Assembly: GCA_043825735.1 (NCBI GenBank)
Contig: JBDRRP010000057.1
Coordinates: forward strand, 62,001-126,000
Length of the DNA: 64,000 nucleotides
Direction of reading: 5' to 3'
DNA from: Pseudomonadota bacterium
GTDB taxonomy: Bacteria > Desulfobacterota > Desulfobacteria > Desulfobacterales > JBDRRP01
This document shows positions 59,970 through 64,000 of this stretch, piece by piece (within the stretch, counting starts at the first letter, position 1; each line of letters begins with the position of its first letter). The notes below the pieces were generated by a model, which saw only the letters and a program-made list of their open reading frames with translations, was not told the origin of the DNA and made no database searches. Both the position numbers and the translations under genes were made by a program.

Positions 59970-60404
59970 ATGGCAGAAAATTTCATCGAGTACCGAACGG
60001 GGTACAAATATCAACTGGCAGAGGATTACACCATAAAAATAGCCATAAAGCCCAAAGCGGATATCGATACTCAGTTTATCGCTTTAGACACAAATGGAAA
60101 CCTGACGATCAAAAGCGGTTATGCCTGGGACGGCACGTCGGGGCCGGTCGTCGATACGGACAGAAACCTAAGAGCGTCATTGGTTCACGATGCGCTTTAT
60201 CAATTAATGAGAAAACGAAAACTGTCCAGTCAGGCGCATAAGGACGATGCTGACAAACTGTTTCGCAAATTGTGCGTCGCCGACGGCGTGCCGGCGGCCG
60301 TCGCCGGCATTTACTACGAAGCGCTGAAAAAACTGGGGAAACCCGCCACCGACCCCAAAAATGCAAAAACAATTCATCGCGCGCCCAAAGCGGAAAAGGC
60401 ATGA
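59970..60404 (+). CDS. DUF1353-like hypothetical protein
   Basis: GYAWDGTSGP...ASLVHDALYQ...ADKLF motif. Confidence 0.75.
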   Translation: MAENFIEYRTGYKYQLAEDYTIKIAIKPKADIDTQFIALDTNGNLTIKSGYAWDGTSGPVVDTDRNLRASLVHDALYQLMRKRKLSSQAHKDDADKLFRKLCVADGVPAAVAGIYYEALKKLGKPATDPKNAKTIHRAPKAEKA

Positions 60405-60516
60405 GTTTCCGGCAGATTTTTCTGCCGTTTCAGGCCGAGAAAATCCTTCGCCGGTTTACAGCCACCGGTGACGCCGTACCTCCGGGCGGGATACCGCGTG
60501 TATGAGCGGTTGTTTT

Positions 60517-62193
60517 TTATTTGCCGAAAGTGCATTTCGGAAAGCTGCAGGATGTGCAATTCATGCAAAGCCCTCCGAGGCCCAGGCGCGCCAGATCCGC
60601 CCGGTTGATGCGAACGCCCGCCAGCAGACGTGGCAGCAACAGGTCGAAGCTGGTGGTCTGGTGAAACAGGGCACAGGCCGGGACACCGATGATGCGGACA
60701 GCGCCGATTCGGGCGATCAGTGTCATGGCCCCCGGCAGAACCGCCGCACCGTACAGAATGTCGGTGGCCCCGGCGTCCTGGAGCCCTTTTCGGGTCATGT
60801 CGTCCGGGTCGACGGACAGACCGGCCGTCGTCACCAGGATTTGGCTGCCGGCGTCGATCAATCGGCCGACCCCTTCGGCGATCGCTGCCGCATCATCGGG
60901 GGCGATGACGGTTGCCGCCACCGTGCATCCGTATCGAAGCGCTTTTTCCGTGATGATGGCCTCGAACCGGTCCTGGACCAATCCTTGGAAAACTTCCGTT
61001 CCGGTTATCAGGATCCCGATGCGGGCGGGCGTAAGCGCTTTGACTTCGAACAGCGGAACGCCACCAATCACGGCCATGGCGGTTTTGAATCGATCGGTGG
61101 ATAGAAGCAGCGGAATGGCCCGTGTGCCGGCAATCGTGTCGCCCCGGGCGACCCGGCTGAAGTTCTTCAGACTCGCGGCCATCACCTCGGGAACGAGATT
61201 GAATCTCATCAGCCGGTCCTCGTCGACAACCAGCAGGCCCTCGGTATCGGCCAGGATGTTCATTTTGCCTTCGCGCGGGGCACCGCCCACGCGGGTTCCG
61301 GCGCCGGCCATGGCGCCAGCGAACCCCTGGGCGGCTTGGTCTTCGTGAATGAAGCCATCCGGCACTCCGGTGGCGCCTTCCACGTAAATCCGGGAGCGAC
61401 CCATTTGCTGCAGGCGGCACACGTCACCACCGGTGATGACCTGCCCTCTTTCAAATTCCGGCCCCTTCGATTTGCCGGGAACGATGCGTGTCATGTCATG
61501 GAGCGCTTTTTTCCCGACGGCCGCTTCGACCGGAACCGCTCTCAGGACGGGTGCGGCGATAGCGATGGGTGCCGGCAGGGCGCCGCCGGAGGGCACATAC
61601 GGCGAGGGGCCCAGGCAACTGCGGCACTGCGCGCCGTGACGCACCGGATAGGCCTCGCCGCACGATGGGCAGATGGCGATGGCGCCCTTGCTGCGCTTGA
61701 TGAGCGCTTCGGCCCCGATCTGGATCGGCTGCACGGAAAACATACGCTGGCTTGAGCAGCGGATATGTTCCCGGATGGCATCGGAGTTTTGTTCGTGCTT
61801 TGGCTTTCGCTTCATGAGCCAGTCGTAGACGTCATCGAACTGGCTGAGTTTACGATCGTCCACGAACGCGCGCACGCCCGCTCCGGTAAACTTGTCGAAA
61901 AGGCTGACGGCATACCGTCCCAGGTGAACGATCCGCAGCCATCCGTTGCCCACCGTACAGGGGGTGAGCAACTGAACGGCGTCGGGAAGACACCAGTGCG
62001 TTTCGCAGATGGCGTAGTAAAGAATGTCCGCTGGCAGTCTGCGTTTGGCAGCGGTGACCATGCAGGCGCCGAGGATCAGGCCGGGCGCCGGGTATCCGTG
62101 AAATTGCCTCGCGGTTTCGAGGAACTCCTCGAAGCGGTATCCATCGATGATGTCGCTGCCAGCCGGTGCGAGGTCGGTATCTTGTCGTATCAT
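60517..62193 (-). CDS. FmdE-family / Zn-finger / MoeA-like molybdopterin-binding fusion protein
   Basis: FHGYPAPG; CLPDAVQLLTPCTVGNG; CPSCGEAYP..CRSC; HDMT; TTAGLSVDPDD; LPGAM; CMNC..C.FPKC. Confidence 0.87.
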   Translation of the reverse strand: MIRQDTDLAPAGSDIIDGYRFEEFLETARQFHGYPAPGLILGACMVTAAKRRLPADILYYAICETHWCLPDAVQLLTPCTVGNGWLRIVHLGRYAVSLFDKFTGAGVRAFVDDRKLSQFDDVYDWLMKRKPKHEQNSDAIREHIRCSSQRMFSVQPIQIGAEALIKRSKGAIAICPSCGEAYPVRHGAQCRSCLGPSPYVPSGGALPAPIAIAAPVLRAVPVEAAVGKKALHDMTRIVPGKSKGPEFERGQVITGGDVCRLQQMGRSRIYVEGATGVPDGFIHEDQAAQGFAGAMAGAGTRVGGAPREGKMNILADTEGLLVVDEDRLMRFNLVPEVMAASLKNFSRVARGDTIAGTRAIPLLLSTDRFKTAMAVIGGVPLFEVKALTPARIGILITGTEVFQGLVQDRFEAIITEKALRYGCTVAATVIAPDDAAAIAEGVGRLIDAGSQILVTTAGLSVDPDDMTRKGLQDAGATDILYGAAVLPGAMTLIARIGAVRIIGVPACALFHQTTSFDLLLPRLLAGVRINRADLARLGLGGLCMNCTSCSFPKCTFGK

Positions 62194-62256
62194 GGGAGCT
62201 GTCTTTTTTTGGGATATACCGTTCGGTATCTGGCGGTCATGATGTCAGCCAGCTGG

Positions 62257-64000
62257 TCAATCAGGGCCAGGGCACGTTTTTTCGATCCGCACAGCGCAGG
62301 CTTTGTACTCGGCCGTCAGGGTGTTCGGATCGAAAACGGCGTTCGTCAGCCAGTTGGCATTGGCCTCCCGGAAATGGAAGGCCATCCACACCAGCCCCTC
62401 GGGGACCTCGGGCGTTACGTTGGCACGCACCGGCACCGAGCCCCGGCGCGAGCTGACGCGGATCATTTCGCCGTGTGCGATGTCGAGGCGCCGGGCGTCG
62501 GCGAAGGAGATATCGGCGGTCTCCTCGCCAAGCAGATCGTTGAGGCCTTCGCATCGGCCGGTTTGGGTGCGGGTATGGTAGTGGTAGAGCCGGCGGCCGG
62601 TGCTGAGTACCAGCGGGTACTCATCGTCGGGGACTTCCGCCGGCGGGGTCCACTCAACCGCCTGAAATCGGCCCTTGCCACAGGTGAACTGGCCGAAGCG
62701 GTGCAGAATCGGGGTGCCGGGATGCTCCGGGGTGGGGCAGGGCCACTGGAGCCCGTCGCCCGCGATGCGTTGGTACTTGATGCCCCCCAGGCTCGGGGCC
62801 AGCATGGAAATCTCGTTGTCCCAGATGTGCTGCGCGCTCTTGGATGCCCACTGGTAGCCGAAGCGCCGGGCGATCTCGCGGAAGATCCACCAGTTGGGCC
62901 GGGCCGCGCCAGGCGGCGGGCTGGCGGTCCGCACCCGGCTGACCCGTCGTTCGCTGTTGGTGAAGGTGCCGTCGTTTTCACTCCAGGCCGCCGCGGGCAG
63001 CACCACATGGGCAAACCGGGTGGTTTCGGTGGGAAAGATATCCTGGCATACGAGAAACTCAGCCGAGGCCAATTCGTGTTCTACTTTGCGGATGTCGGGC
63101 TCGGTGTTGGCCAGGTTTTCGCCGAAGATGTAAAAGCCGCGGACGCTGCCATCGACCAGCCCCTCCATCATCTGGGGGATCATCAGCCCAGGCTTCTGGG
63201 ACAGACCGGTGGTCTGCCAGGCGGCGGCGAATTTCTCGGCGATGGTGAAGTCGGCCACCGTCTGATAGCCGGGGTAGACATTGGGCAGCGCTCCCATGTC
63301 GCAGGCCCCCTGCACGTTGTTCTGACCCCGCAGGGGGTTCACCCCGCCGCACTCAAGACCCATGTTGCCCAGGAGCATCTGCAGGTTGGCAACGGACATG
63401 ACGTTGTTCTTGCCGCAGGTGTGTTCGGTGATCCCCAGGGTGTAGCAAACCATTACCGGCTTCACGGAGGCCAGCAGCCGGGCCACTTCGCGGATCGTGC
63501 CGGCGTCGATGCCGCAGATATCGGCCACCGACTCCGGCGGGCAGGCCGCCACCGTATCCCTAAGCGCTTCGAAACCGGTGGTGTTGGCTTCCACGAAGTC
63601 CCTGTCATAGAGGTCTTCGGCGATCAGGACGTTCATGATGGCGTTGAGCAGGGCGATGTCGCTGCCCACCTTGAGCGGCAGGTGCACGTCTGCGAAATCC
63701 ACAAGGCGGTGGCGCCGGGGGTCCGCCACGATCAGCTTGGCCCCCTTCATCACCGCATTCTTCAGGAAGGTGGCCGCCACCGGGTGGGCCTCGGTCATGT
63801 TGGAGCCGATAACCAGAAACATCTTCGCCCTGGAAAACTCGTTGAAGGAGTTCGTCATGGCGCCCGAACCGAATGTTGTCGCCAGCCCGGCGACGGTCGG
63901 GGCATGTCATGTGCGGGCGCAGTGGTCGATGTTGTTGGTTTTGAACACCGCCCTGAAGAGCTTCTGCATCTGGTAGGAGTCTTCGTTGATGCTCCGGGCG
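62257..64000 (-). CDS. fdhA: Formate dehydrogenase alpha subunit, selenocysteine-containing (5' end outside the window)
   Basis: [10 protein letters not shown](TGA 63907-63909)-[38 protein letters not shown]. Confidence 0.95.
63869..63900 (-). promoter_or_regulatory. Bacterial SECIS hairpin
   Basis: GTCGCC-GGGCT-GGCGAC apical stem-loop with CCGA/TCGG lower stem, just 3' of the in-frame UGA. Confidence 0.75.

Overview
A GC-rich bacterial chromosomal window. Gene content (Mop-type aldehyde oxidoreductase cluster, split glutamate synthase, selenocysteine formate dehydrogenase, sigma-54 promoters, periodic palindromic intergenic repeats) points to a Desulfobacterota sulfate reducer; this is inferred, not searched. 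In order: an MlaD-like lipoprotein; a PilZ / SH3b-TM-PilZ / HD-domain gene trio; a sigma-54-driven structured leader or sRNA before a hypothetical gene; a lipid kinase; a stand-alone dnaK; a USP; an autotransporter plus alpha/beta-hydrolase cassette bracketed by two directly oriented, decayed IS91-family transposase relics that each carry the same ~155-bp palindromic element; murB translationally coupled to a TrfA-like plasmid replication initiator; glnE and an M48 peptidase; a three-gene glutamate synthase, carAB, purF, a cNMP protein and a radical SAM gene; a sigma-54 two-component system with an MCP/Cache operon; a divergent YchF; the mop / DVU_1558-1553-like / xdhC cluster ending in a histidine phosphatase remnant; an AT-richer SH3-MBL hydrolase plus DUF1353 pair; an FmdE-MoeA fusion; and the 3' part of a Sec-containing fdhA. 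No rRNA, tRNA or CRISPR array was recognised. All family calls come from motif recognition by eye.
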